64,000 bases of DNA from Octopus sinensis (taxonomy: Eukaryota): contig NC_043014.1 of the NCBI RefSeq assembly GCF_006345805.1, positions 1,364,001 to 1,428,000 on the forward strand. Direction: 5' to 3'. Of this stretch, positions 39,078-51,591 are shown one piece after another. The notes beneath the pieces were generated by a model. That model was not told the origin of the DNA and did no database searches. It worked only from the letters and a program-made list of their open reading frames with translations. The translations under genes and the position numbers were made by a program. How positions within the stretch are numbered: position 1 is the stretch's first letter; every line of letters starts with the position of its first letter.

Positions 39078-39810
39078 CTGGACAGGAAATATTAAAATAA
39101 CAGCTTAATATATCAAAAATATCACAGAAGAGAGCAATATGATGTCATAATACATATAATACACATAGCATATTGTATATCACATTATCACATGGCTGAC
39201 CAGACCATTGGACACTGTTATACACCACTGATCACAATGCACTTGGTATCATTTTAGTGTTTGAATGGTGACACCCTGCTGGCTAGGCAAGCAATGATTG
39301 AGTCCACCCCACCACCCGCGATCATTTTTGCCAACCGAGTGGACTGTAGCAAAGTGAAATAAAGTGTCTTGTGCAATGGCACAAAGTGCCACCAGGAATC
39401 GAACCCGTGGCTTCACAATCACAAGCCTAACCACTAAGCCGTGCACCTCCACAACAGAACATTCGCTACAGAATAAAACCATTACCATTTGTCTAACTTC
39501 ACTAGCGCCACACCAATGGCATTCTCAGATATGCAAGGATTTTCTACCACAGCCTGTATGTTCCTGAAGGCACAAAGCCTTGTTCTTTTTTTAGTACAAA
39601 ACTGTGATTCCGGTCACTTGGGCCCAATCAGCTTTCAAAGGTTAATTTGATTTCAGTAAAAACTAACAGAACAGGGGGTAAAACAAGCAAAGATTTCTTC
39701 TTTTTTTCTTTGACAATATGAAGTAGTAAAAGACACGCAAGTGCGAGGTGACAAAAGGTTCAACTGTCAATCAGCAAGTTTTAATAAGAAATAAAGTTTA
39801 GACATCATAC

Positions 39811-40023
39811 CTGTAGTTTTATTAAGAAATATCGTAGCAATCAATAATTTCCATGGGTCGTGGAAGAGACTTTCTTGGACAAGGCAGAATGGCGATTTCG
39901 GGGGTGTCCATTTTGTTTGGCTGAGAATTCGAGGCTGGGCCAATGACGTCATTTTGTCATCTTTCTTCTGGAAATATTTACTTTTCTGCAGTGATTTTGG
40001 ACTTTTGGGCTTTGATTTAGTTT
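39811..40023 (-). CDS. MBD4: MBD4 exon (start of the glycosylase domain)
   Basis: attacag|AA...ACA G|gtatga. Encodes [70 protein letters not shown](G), near-identical to vertebrate MBD4 [35 protein letters not shown]. Confidence 0.97.
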
Positions 40024-40405
40024 CTGTAATAACGAGACAAAAATATATTTTATTTCTTTTTGCTTGATCAATAAGGGAGCATGACCATAGCCTTTACTAA
40101 ACTAGCCATACACCCATAACTTTCATTAAAGTACTCTGGACTCTTCCCTAAAATACTTGGTATATTTATAAGCTTCACTTAACTACCCAGGGTACTGCAT
40201 AACCTTCATTAAGTCACCCCTGTATGCCAGTCTTCACTGAGCTTCTCAAAGTATTGATAACCACACACACACACACATATATATATGAGTGTATATATTT
40301 ATTTGCATGTGTGTGTGTGTCTCCTTGTCTTGACACCATGTGACAGTTGTAAATGAGTGTCACTGTCATACAAGCAGTGTCCTTCATTTCCAATATTCTG
40401 TGAGA

Positions 40406-40805
40406 ACAGGAGTGGCTGTGTGGTAAGTAGCTTGCTAACCAACCACATGGTTCTGGGTTCAGTCCCACTGCGTGGCATCTTGGGCAAGTGTCTTCTGCTA
40501 TAGCCCCGGGCCGACCAATGCCTTGTGAGTGGATTTGGTAGGCGGAAACTGAAAGAAGCCTGTTGTATATATGTATATATATATATATGTGTATGTGTGT
40601 GTGTGTTGTGTGTTTGTGTTTGTCCCCCTAGCATTGCTTGACAACCGATGCTGGTGTGTTTATGTCCTCGGCAAAAGAGACCGATAGAATAAGTACTGGG
40701 CTTACAAAGAATAAGTGCCGGGGTCGAGTTGCTCGATTAAAGGCGGTGCTCCAGCATGGCCGCAGTCAAATGACTGAAACAAGTAAAAGAGAGAGTAAAG
40801 AGTAT
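40406..40805 (+). mobile_element. SINE family A, full length
   Basis: Head, (TA)/(TG) spacer and complete tail. Confidence 0.9.
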
Positions 40806-41059
40806 GTCCAGCCACGGGGTACTATCACCTTACTTGGAAACAGGTGAGGATTGATGACCAGAATGGAATCGGTCTTTAGAGAATCTTCCTCAATAAACTC
40901 TGTCCAACACTTGCAAGCATGGAACAGTGAACATTAAAATTATATGTATACGAGATGGGTAGACCAGTCCATATGTATGGAAGTAGTGATAGGCTGTCCA
41001 GTGCACCATGATGGACCGATCCATATGTAATTGGAGGTAGTAATAGATTATTCAACGTA

Positions 41060-41717
41060 GGCCGATGCCAGTGCCGCCTCGACTGGCTTTTGTGCCGGTG
41101 GCACGTAAAATGCACCAATCCGATCGTGGCCATTGCCAGCCTCGCCTGGCACCTGTGCAGGTGGCACATAAAAAGTACCCACTATACTCATGGAGTGGTT
41201 GGTGTTAGGAATGCATCCAGCAGTAGTTAGTTAGTTAGTTAGTTAGTTAATTTGGCTCAAAAGCAAATAGCAAGGCCATGTAGGGGGACATGGAGTTAAG
41301 TACAGGGAGGGTGTTCATGTAAAGAGTTCAGGCCACTTGAGGTCCAGGGAGGCTTTGAACAAAGCGGTCGTCGGCATCTTCACCATCTCGTCTGGCAGCT
41401 TGTTCCACGGATCCGCAACCCGGACGGAGAAAGACCCTCTCCTTCGATTGAGATGAAATCGTTGCAGGTAGAGCTTTTCGGAATGACCCCGCAGCCGACG
41501 CTCTGGAGCAGGAGTGAAGAACAGCTCTTTCGAGAGGTTACACTTCCCGCTTATGATGTTGTGGGCGAGAATGAGATCACCACGGCGGCGGCGTTTTTCA
41601 GAAACACTGCCAGATCAGACTGGAGCCTGGTGCAGCCTTCTGGCTTCCCAGATCCCCAGTCGAACCGTCCAACCCATGCTAGCATGGAAAGCAGACGTTA
41701 AATGATGATGATGATGA
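41060..41717 (+). mobile_element. RTE 3'-end fragment interrupted by a CR1 insertion
   Basis: The RTE 3'-UTR consensus ...CATCCAGC(T/A)GTA|GAAACACTGCC... is split at 41225/41600. Confidence 0.8.
41226..41599 (-). mobile_element. CR1-type LINE 3' fragment with a (TAAC)n tail
   Basis: EKRRRRGDLILAHNIISG...RLRGHSEKL...FSVRVADPWNKLPDEMV...FKASLD matches the CR1 C-terminal motifs RRxRGDLI, RGHxxKL and RVxxxWNxLP. Confidence 0.85.
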
Positions 41718-41959
41718 TGTGTGATGAGTGGATTGTTCCATATATAAGTATGGAGGTGGTGAAGCCTACTTGTTCATCTTATGTAGTCCAACATCTGTTC
41801 AAATTGTTGTTCATCAATGGATATTGAGTGAAGGTTGTCCCTCATTACAATGGCTCATACTCCACTGAGTGGAGTAAACCATTCTGCTTCTTTGAGTGAA
41901 ATGGAGAGATTGAACTTCTGTTGGGGAAACAACAACATTATGATGATACTCTTTTTTTT

Positions 41960-42348
41960 TAACTCTTTTACTTGTTTCAGTCATTTGACTGCGGCCATGC
42001 TGGAGCACCGCCTTTAGTCAAGCAAATCGACCCCAGGACTTATTCTTTGTAAGCCTAGTACTTATTCTATCAGTTTCTTTTGCTGAACTGCTAAGTTACG
42101 GGGACATAAACACACCAGCATCGGTTGTCAAGCGATGTTGGGGGAACAAACAAAGACGCACAAACACACACACACATATATATATACATATATGACGGGC
42201 TTCTTTCAGTTTCCGTCTACCAAATCCACCCACAAGGCTTTGGTCAACCCAAGGCTATAGAAGACACTTGCCCAAGGTGCCATGCAGTGGGACTGAACCC
42301 AGAACCATGTGGTTTGGTAAACAAGCTACTTACCACACTGCCACTCCT
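41960..42348 (-). mobile_element. SINE family A, full length
   Basis: Reverse complement of head and tail. Confidence 0.88.
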
Positions 42349-43800
42349 GATGATGATGATGATGTCTGCAGGTTTTTTAATCATCACCAACAGCATGGCA
42401 CTGGATTGGCAGAACCATTTGGGTGTTGGCAAAATTCTGTGTGGTGTTTTTTCTGACTCTCTACATTCTTGCTGAAATCAACTTTGCCTTTCATGTCTCC
42501 GGGGCCAAAATAACAAAGTACCATTCCAGTATTGACTGAGGGGAGGGGCCCAATAATATCAACAATTACATCTTCCCCTCCAAAAATTGCTGGTCTTCAA
42601 CCAAACTTTAGAACAATTATCATCATTGTTACTTGAGCTGGTGGAACCGTTAACGCTTCACACAATTTCAGCAACATTTTGTTTTTTAGCTTTTCATATT
42701 CTAAGTTCAAATTCTACTTGGGCCAACTTCTATTGTTCATGTTTCCGGGGTCAATAAAATAAAGTACCAATTGAGTACCCGGGTCAATGTAGTCAACTAG
42801 CTCTACCCACAAGAATTTCTGGTATTGTGCCAAAATTTGAACCCATTAATATTATCATTATTATTTTTAGTAGTAGTAGCAGCAGTGTTGTATTGCTGAA
42901 GACTACATCTTTGGATTCATTTGTACCAGTAGCATCTTTTCATTCCCCTCCAGGGCCATCTTAGGCAGGGCATTGTCGAGGCAAACAGGACATAAAGAGG
43001 CCACAACGAATGAGGAGTGTCAAGTGAGACGATACACAAGATGAGAAACCTCAACATGGCTAATTGATCTGCTAGACAGAACAGTCAAACCTCCTTTCAA
43101 TCACACCCTACTCACTTACGGAAGCATAAATAAACCTTGGATAATGTAGTCCTGGGTGCATTATCTTTTAAAATAAAGAGCATTGGTCACGGTTGGTACA
43201 TATATCAGACCTGACCTAAAGTTCGACAGCAGACAAAAAAACAAAGATAAAAAATACAAAACTATGAAGTCTTACATGGGAGGTAACTCCGTAAGACAAT
43301 TTTTTCATTACTTCCCTTGATTTTTATTTTTTATATTTCTCAAGAATTTGTAAAAAAAGAAAAAATTATGAATCTGATTCCAGGAATATTTTTTTCCCAA
43401 GTTACTCATGGAATACAGGAATGTAATAAAGAAGTTATAAAATTTCCAGAGACCATGAAATAATTCTTTTTTGGAAGATCTGATCTCGAAGCACAAAAGA
43501 AGCTACAAATAATGGCATCGAAATATTGGGTAGAAAACCCCTTTTGCAAAGAAAATGTCAAAGGCAGCCCCATGGGACACAATCCTACATCTCCAGGCAT
43601 GCAGTTACATCTTGGTGTCATTCTGTCATTAAAAACTCAGAACATTTCTATTTCTCTTCTTTCAAAATGGTTTGTGATATTTCTTTGAGCACTTGACTCA
43701 GAGTTCTAACCCTACCAGAACAACTTAGACATTCATTCCTCCAAGGCTGATAAAATATAGTACCAGTCATATACCAAGGTAGACGATATTCATTAATACC

Positions 43801-44035
43801 TATTTCTTTACTACCCACAAGGGGCTAAACACAGAGGGGACAAACAAGGACAGACATAGGTATTAAGTCGATTACATCGACCCCAGTGCATAACTGGTAC
43901 TTAATTTATCGACTCCGAAAGGATGAAAGGCAAAGTCGACCTCGGCGGAATTTGAACTCAGAACGTAGCGACAGACGAAATTCCGCTAAGCATTTCGCCC
44001 GGTGTGCTAACGTTTCTGCCAGCTCGCTGTCGTGT
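43801..44035 (-). mobile_element. SINE family B, young copy with a 14-bp TSD
   Basis: TSD TATTCATTAATACC at 43787-43800 and 44036-44049. Confidence 0.9.
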
Positions 44036-44296
44036 TATTCATTAATACCCTTCCCCTCAAAACTGCTAGTTAACTAGGTACTTAACTTACCAGCTAACTA
44101 ATTAACAGTACAATTAATTAGATCAATCCACACATGATTTCATATCAAGAATATTGCTTCTCTCACTCTGTCTTCATTTAATTACATTTATTTATAAATG
44201 ACTTCTCCATTGAAGGTGGACATGTTGATATCTGAATAACATAGCCACAGGTTGGCTACAACAAACAGAAGAAATAGAACTAAAATACACGAAAAC

Positions 44297-45120
44297 CATC
44301 ATCATCATCATCTAACGTCTGTTTTCCATGCTGGCATGGGTTGGACGGTTTGACTGAAGCTGGCAAACCAGAGAAATGCAACAAGCTTCAATTGCCCATT
44401 CTGGTGGGGTTACTATAGCTGGATGCCCTTCCTAACACCAACCACTTTACACAGTGTACTGGGTGCTTTTTACATAAACTATCTGCGTACTACACTTAAC
44501 ATTTATACACCTCTAAAAGGTACAATACTCTTCATAAACATGTTAAAACAAAACAAAATATATCTTGAAATGAGGTGAACATTGTCCGAGCACTGACTCA
44601 CTAGAACACAAAATGTTTTGGCTTTTTGGGGGCCTTGTCAATGACATGTAGCCACTTGTCACATGCATGAACAGAATTCGTCCCTCAGATATACAGGAAA
44701 TAGTGAATAATGCATTCACTGATATGGTGGAAAGCTTGTTGGGCCGTAAGAATCTCCATGTATGCAAGTGAGATAGCATCATCATCATCGTTTAACATCC
44801 GCTTTCCATGCTAGCATGGGTTGGACGAGTTGACTGAGGTCTGGCGAACCAGACTCCAATCTGGTCTGGCAGATGGATGCCCTTCCTAGCGCCAACCACT
44901 CTGAGAGTGTAGTGGGTGCTTTTACGTCCCACCGGCATGAGGGCCAGTTAGGTAGTACTGGCAAAGGCCACGCTCAAATGGTACTTTTTATATGCCACCT
45001 GCACAGGAGCCAGTCCAGCAGCACTGGCAATGACCTCGCTCGAATGTTTATTCCCGTGCCCCCAGCACAAATGCTAGTAAGGTGACGCAGGTAACGATCA
45101 TGCTCGAATGGTGTTTTTAA
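44297..45120 (-). mobile_element. Two RTE 3'-end fragments (44297-44480 and 44778-45120)
   Basis: Each begins (CAT)n...TTTCCATGCT(A/G)GCATGGGTTGGACG, like the other RTE tails. Confidence 0.8.
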
Positions 45121-46267
45121 CAAGCCATCAGCACAAAGGCCAGCTTGTTGCTCTGGCATTAAAATCACTGTGTATAATACTTGAGGTATATACACCATAA
45201 AACACATCATTGACTTGTGCTGAAAACACAATATATACTGGAGCAACATCCTCCCAGATATAATTCACAACATCAAAGCCAATCCACGATGTAGATAATG
45301 TATAATACACAGATGGCAAGTTTAATTTACGGTTGTTTCAATTGTAAACACTTTGAATTATCAGAAACTCACAACAGTGACTCAAGGGCCAGGGGCTTCA
45401 TGCATGACCCACATCAAACAGACTTCAAATATAACAACATATTTTATATTGTGTGATTTATAATTATAACAGACAAGCTCCTGGATTTGAAGTCTCAACC
45501 CCAGGGGTACTTTTGTAACTTTCTTCCTATGAAAAATAATCAAAAATATATCCCTGTATAAAATAGGATCTATGAAGAAGAGTGGTTATGGCTAAGTCAA
45601 AAGGATATTTCACCCGTATTTGGTATTCCGTAAATCCAGAAAGATCCAAGGATTTATTAGAACATCTAACACGGCATAAAGATAGTAACAAAGTTGTATC
45701 AATAGACTAATCTGGGTATTACTAGACAGGTTTTAGTAGCAAAAACTTATTACTTTTCATTGTACCATACAACTTGGCATGTGTTGCCATAATGCCACTG
45801 GCACATACCACCCAGTTAAGCTCTAATGAAGTATTACCTGACGATCTGGCAATGGTATGGAAACATGTTAATGCATAATCTTCTAGAATCCCACATGTTA
45901 ATGTTTGTTAAGTTGTATGACACATGTTGACAATAATAAATTTGGCGCTATGCAAACACCTACATTATCCATTTCTTTCACCTTTATTACTGTATGTGTG
46001 TATACACACACACACATATATATATTGTTAAATGCTCGAAATACGAGAGTTAAAAAACAGCCAACAACTGATGAAGGGACAATTTTTCTTGTGTTGTTTG
46101 TCTTGTTTTCCATTTGTGTCTTTCATTGTTTGAAAAAATAATTCATATTCCATGTATTCGTACTTCATATTTTTTGTTGTACACGTTTCATGACGTCCTG
46201 TGCCCTCATATGCATATATATACATACATATACGTATGTATATATGCATATATATATACTATTATAT

Positions 46268-46298
<31 letters not shown>

Positions 46299-46676
46299 CA
46301 CACGTGTGTGTGGTATTTTGTTAAAGCTGGAAGACACTTCATAAACTGTTTTTCCAGCTTTAAAACAGTATTTTACTCTACCTTTGGTATTTGAGTACTA
46401 TCCTTCTCCACCTTGTTTTGCATCTATGCATTTACTTGTGTATAAATGTGTGTGAACAGGCATAGTGAGACTAAGAACTTGGTGTAGGGCTCAGTCTATG
46501 TAAGTTTCAAAAGAAAGTATTAGCTGAGTATAGAGCAGTAATAAGAAAGAGATGACAAAGGAATAAAGGATTCTCTTATGAAATTCATTTGTTCACAGCT
46601 GTTTCTGCATGTCATAGCAGAAACAGCAGTGAACAAATAAAGTTCGTAAAACAATCATTTATTCTTTTGTCATCTC

Positions 46677-46734
<58 letters not shown>

Positions 46735-47799
46735 ATATTATATAAGTTTTTACCTACCAATTTTCATTCACAAGAATTAGCCTGAAGTTAAAATAAAAAA
46801 AAACCCTTCTCCCCACCGTGTTCATGCAATGGAAATGAACTCACAACCACACAGTTGGGAGTTAAACTCCTGGACCATGCAGACATGCCTGCATCGCAGA
46901 TCATATAGGTAGAAATGTAAATAAATAAACAAAAATAACCAAAAATAAAATAAAGGATAATAATTTTATTAAATAAACAAATAATATATAAATATGAAAA
47001 ATAAATTTAAAATATAATAAAATTATCAACAAAAATAATTATTTTTATTATTAAATATGATAGATAATTTGTTCAGGCACACTAGCTCAGATTTATAGAA
47101 GAGGAAGAATGCGAAGTGGTGACAGCCATGCCTTTCCCAAAAGTGTAGAGTGTATATATATGTGTGTGAAACAATGGCACCGGTGAATTATACAAAAAAA
47201 AATTAAGATACAAAATGCTTTATGAAAGCATAAATACCAACAATATAATGGGGGTAGACTTAATAATTAAGATGTCCTAGGGGCTCCCTTATAGGATCAT
47301 ATAAGTAACAGTTAAGTAGTAAGGCAGATAAAGCAACCCAGATTTATCAACTTTTCTCCTACAGGTAAAAAACCTGGAATTTGAGGGTGGCGGGGGTTAA
47401 TTGATTACATCGACCCCAGGACTTGACTCATACTTATTTTATCAACCCCCCAAAAGGATGAAAGGCAAAGTTGACCTTGGTGGAATTTGAACCCTGAATG
47501 TAAAGATTGACAAAATACTGCTTGCCACCTTACGTGAATGGAATTATAATAGACAGCCAAGACTACCTAGGGGCTCCCTCACCGGTTTGTATAAATAACA
47601 GTTAAGTACTGAGGTTGATTTAATATTCCAATCAATCAATTTAGATTTAAAAGCAATGATAAGAGAAATCTAAGACAATTCAGGGACTCCCTCACTGGGT
47701 AAAAAAAAAATCACAGTTAAGTACTGGGGTAGATCCACTATCCCTACAAATTATCCTGGATTTGAATACAAAATACATTAGAATTATATCCAACATGGC

Positions 47800-48400
47800 C
47801 CATGACTCGTATCAAAACACTACCGCCTCCACTAGACATGAGTGGCACTCAACTGGAGATCTCAAAGTCACTCCAAATACCAGGCAACACGATAACCAAG
47901 GATCTCCCCAGGCAAAAACTCAACCTCATCATAGCTAGAATCTCATCTCAAAGACTGGTCCTTCTCTTCAGGGCCGGAAAACATACCCTCCACCACCACC
48001 ACGATAGCTGCTGGCCTTCAAAGTGACTCGAATGAGGCCCACATGTAGACATCCCAGATTGTATCAAGAGAAGGGTCACTCAATTAATTAGAATCCCTAA
48101 CAGTTACACTCCAGCTTCTGACCCACACGGGTAACGTCTCTTCTTTCTGTCTTTTCTATCACAACTATAATGTCCTCTCTTGACCAGAGCCGGCTGCTCT
48201 TATATGTCCACCACTCAAGCATCCTTGTTCCACTCATTTTTCTCATCTCCCATCACTGTGCAAAACTCCCTTCTCTGGCCCAGCATCAACCACTCTAACC
48301 AATCCTTTTCCCCCAGGATATCATCCCTCTGGAATCTTGCAAAGGTCTTTCCAGCAAGTGTTCACCAATAACATTATAATCAAAACACTAACAACTTCCA
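47800..48400 (+). mobile_element. Old CR1/L2-type LINE thumb and C-terminal fragment
   Basis: LEISKSLQIPG.TITKDL..IARISSQRLVLLFRA.K and INHSNQSFSPRISSLWNLAKVFPASV. Confidence 0.6.
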
Positions 48401-48840
48401 GTTCCCCAGTCTTAGACGACCCACAAAGGTCACGAAGAATAACAGATAAAAAACTTGTAAAGAGGTTTTTACAGGCTTTATCAGATGTGGTGGCATTCAT
48501 GACCCTTTTTAGGGTCTCTGAGTTTGGCAAGAAGAAAGAAAGACAATACTCCCGAGAGTGAACAAGCAACACGAAAGTCTAACAGACCATAATCACCTAA
48601 AGACAACCAACAGCCAGGTGACACAGATTACATGTTCTACCTTTAACGAAGACCAATTCTATTGATAGGTTTATAATTTGCATCTACTGAATGCTCTCCA
48701 GAAGATCTAAGATATTGGAAGGAAAGAGTAAGGAGAAAGAGGACATAACCCAAATACATGTTGCGTCGCCAGCAAATGGTTCTATTTTCTTGTAGCAATT
48801 CAAAGCACCATTCCTTCATCTCCAGCATCATTTAACATCC

Positions 48841-49113
48841 AGCTCCCATGACTTTCGGAAACATTTTTTCACGCTAAGAGTTGCTGAAACATGGAACAAA
48901 CTGCATCCTTCAAAACTTCCATGCTTTCTGAGATTCGCCAACACTACACCTGATTTTCTCCCCTCCATACACACACAAGCTTGTATCTGACTCGTACACT
49001 GTTCACTTCCCAGACATTTGTACATTACTGCATATACTTTATACGCACTTTTGACAAGTTGTGGTGCACCTGAGCCCACTGTATACAATGATTTCAATTT
49101 CATTATTATTATT
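48841..49113 (+). mobile_element. CR1-type 3' fragment with an (ATT)n tail, nested in an RTE 3' end
   Basis: HDFRKHFFTLRVAETWNKL. ATCC occurs at both junctions (48837-48840 and 49114-49117), and the RTE tail sequence resumes after it. Confidence 0.7.
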
Positions 49114-49867
49114 ATCCATATTCCATGCTGGCACAGGTTGGGGTGGTTTGACAGGAACTGAATGGTCCAAAACCTGCATCATACTCCAGTGTCTGCTTCG
49201 GTATAGTTTCTACAGCTGGATGCTCTTCCTAATACTAACTTTATATAAGTTCTCAGATCCATACAAGAATCTAAACATAGAACATTAATATAAGAAAAAA
49301 ATATATATATATTAATTCTAGAGCTTCTTTTACATATAGCAGTGGACTCCACTTATTGACAGCTAGGTAGACTGGACCATGGAGTGTGATGTTTCCTGCC
49401 AGGTGCATAGTAACATAGGTAGATGGTCTATAAGCTAAACACTCAGTAGTTCTATCTCACAAAATACTCAGCCTCTTCTTCGGTACTGAGTCTCTCTCTG
49501 TTTTCATTGAAGGTTACCTGTCGTTTTTAATTTCATTAAAAAAAAAAAAAATTTCAAACAGATATAAATAATATATACATATATTATATATATAGACATT
49601 ATATATATATCTCATATATGTCCACTGGACAAAATTGAGCAATTGAGGTGAAGGATAGTAGAATCATTTGAATTTTTGTTTTTGAGTTTTGTGTGTGTGT
49701 GTGTGCATGTATCTATATATGCATATGTTATCAGAGTTTGGCTCAGTTTCGTGGGCATGAAGGACACATCCATCTCCTCAGATATTCAGAGGCAAGAAAC
49801 ATTATGCCATGCCGTCTCTGTCAATGGAACTTTAGGCAAAGCCAAACTCAAACTTATTAAATACATA

Positions 49868-50250
49868 TAGGCGCAGGAGTGGCTGTGTGGTAAGTAGCTT
49901 GTTTACTAACCACATGGTTCCGGGTTCAGTCCCACTGCGTGGCACCTTGGGCAAGTGTCTTCTACTATAGCCTCGGGCCGACCAAAGCCTTGTGAGTGGA
50001 TTTGGTAGACGGAAACTGAAAGAAGCCCATCGTATATATGTATATATATATATATGTATGTGTGTGTGTTTGTCCCCCAAGCATTGCTTGACAACCGATG
50101 CTGGTGTGTTTATGTCCTCGGCAAAAGAGACCGATAGAATAAGTACTGGGCTTACAAAGAATAAGTGCCGGGGTCGAGTTGCTCGATTAAAGGCGGTGCT
50201 CCAGCATGGCCGCAGTCAAATGACTGAAACAAACAAAAGAGTAAAGAGTA
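49868..50250 (+). mobile_element. SINE family A, full length
   Basis: Head and tail complete. Confidence 0.9.
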
Positions 50251-50530
50251 TATATACAAAATTTAGAGAACCAACCAATAAAAATGGACAGCCTATATGC
50301 TAGATATATTTCCCACGAAGAACATGTTGCATGTGTGTATGTTTCTATATACACACATTTAATCTATATCTGTGTGTGTGTGTGTATATACAATGTGTAC
50401 ACATCTGAATAGTCTGTATATAAATGTGTGTGTGTATGTGTAAAATGCCTGTCTCTAAACACCCAAACTGAAAATCTGAAGTAGGGACATGGAATTGTGT
50501 AGAGAATGTAACAATGCTACCAAATCTCAC

Positions 50531-51531
50531 CTTTAATGGAGGAATTTTGACAACTTTTGGCATCGGCCACTTTGCAATTATCAGCATCACCATTATCTTC
50601 ATCACCGCCAGCAGCAACTTTAGCCATTTTATTGGGATGCAAGTCTTTTAACAATTCAGGGCCACACTCCTTTTCCAGTTTCCTTTTTTTGGAAAGGAAA
50701 CTGGCCAAGGATGGTGAACCATTCTCTTTGAGATGAGATTGTGATGCCAATGTTTTGGAATCTGAACACAAAGGCATGTTTTTCTTATCAGAACTAACAG
50801 AGTTTGTTACTTTCGAAGAATTGGTGATAAGTTTCTTATTGGAACTGAGACTAACAGAGTTAGTCTCTTTTGAAGAATTGGTGGCATTTTTCACTTTTAA
50901 TTTTGGGGAACCATTCTCTTTGAGGTGAGATTGTGATGCCAATGTTTTGGAATCTGTACAAAGAGACACATTTTTCTTATCAGGACTAACAGAATTTGCT
51001 ACTTTTGAAGAATTGGAGGTATTTTTCTCTTTTAATTTAGTATTTTCGGATAAAGCTTGTTTCTGCTTAACTTTAGAATTATCAGTTTTCTTGATTGGTT
51101 TCACAGAATTAACCGTTTCTTTCTTCAAAGTCGTTTCAAAAGCTTCCAAATCTTTTAACATTAGTTCTTTTAGAGTTGTTCGAATCCGGTTCGTTACCCC
51201 ATCTCGTGTTTTAAGATCTCCATTCTCTACAATACTAACCCAGTCTTCAAAATAATTCCAAATGTTAAACTGAAGAGGATACAAATCTTTATATTTCAAA
51301 GGCACCGGGAATGCCAATTTTATAACCAGTTTTGGCAACTTTTTGGAACTCTTCTTTACAGGTTGTGGTGGCTTTGCCACAACTTTGGAACTTTTTTTGG
51401 GCTTTGCTTGTGTTGTAAACGATGAAGAACTCTTTGAATTAAACTCAAAGTCATCAATATTGAAGTTGAGGCTCTTCTCAGTAAAAAATTCCATTAGTTT
51501 TACTCTTGACCGAAATCTTTTATTTTCAGGA
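50531..51531 (-). CDS. MBD4: MBD4 large exon (end of MBD plus Lys/Ser-rich linker), 1001 nt
   Basis: ctttcacag|T CCT GAA AAT AAA AGA TTT CGG TCA = (S)PENKRFRSRVKLMEFF, which completes the MBD. Open for 333 codons (ORF 50517..51494). Donor AAA G|gtgaga; phase 1 joins the 40023 exon. Confidence 0.93.
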
Positions 51532-51591
51532 CTGTGAAAGAGAGAAAAAAAAATACAGAAACACTATTAAAAAACAGGAAACTAAGATTCA

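Noticed and set aside
43406-43622. 71-aa minus-strand ORF flanked by AG and GT as a possible extra or poison MBD4 exon
   Set aside because: The polypyrimidine tract is weak, the phase is incompatible with the flanking exons, and there is no homology I can recognise.
44543-45319. Protein-like minus-strand ORFs in the MBD4 intron
   Set aside because: They are interrupted by stops and RTE insertions, and faint resemblance to LINE RT motifs (EQQAG) suggests an old LINE relic that is too weak to call.
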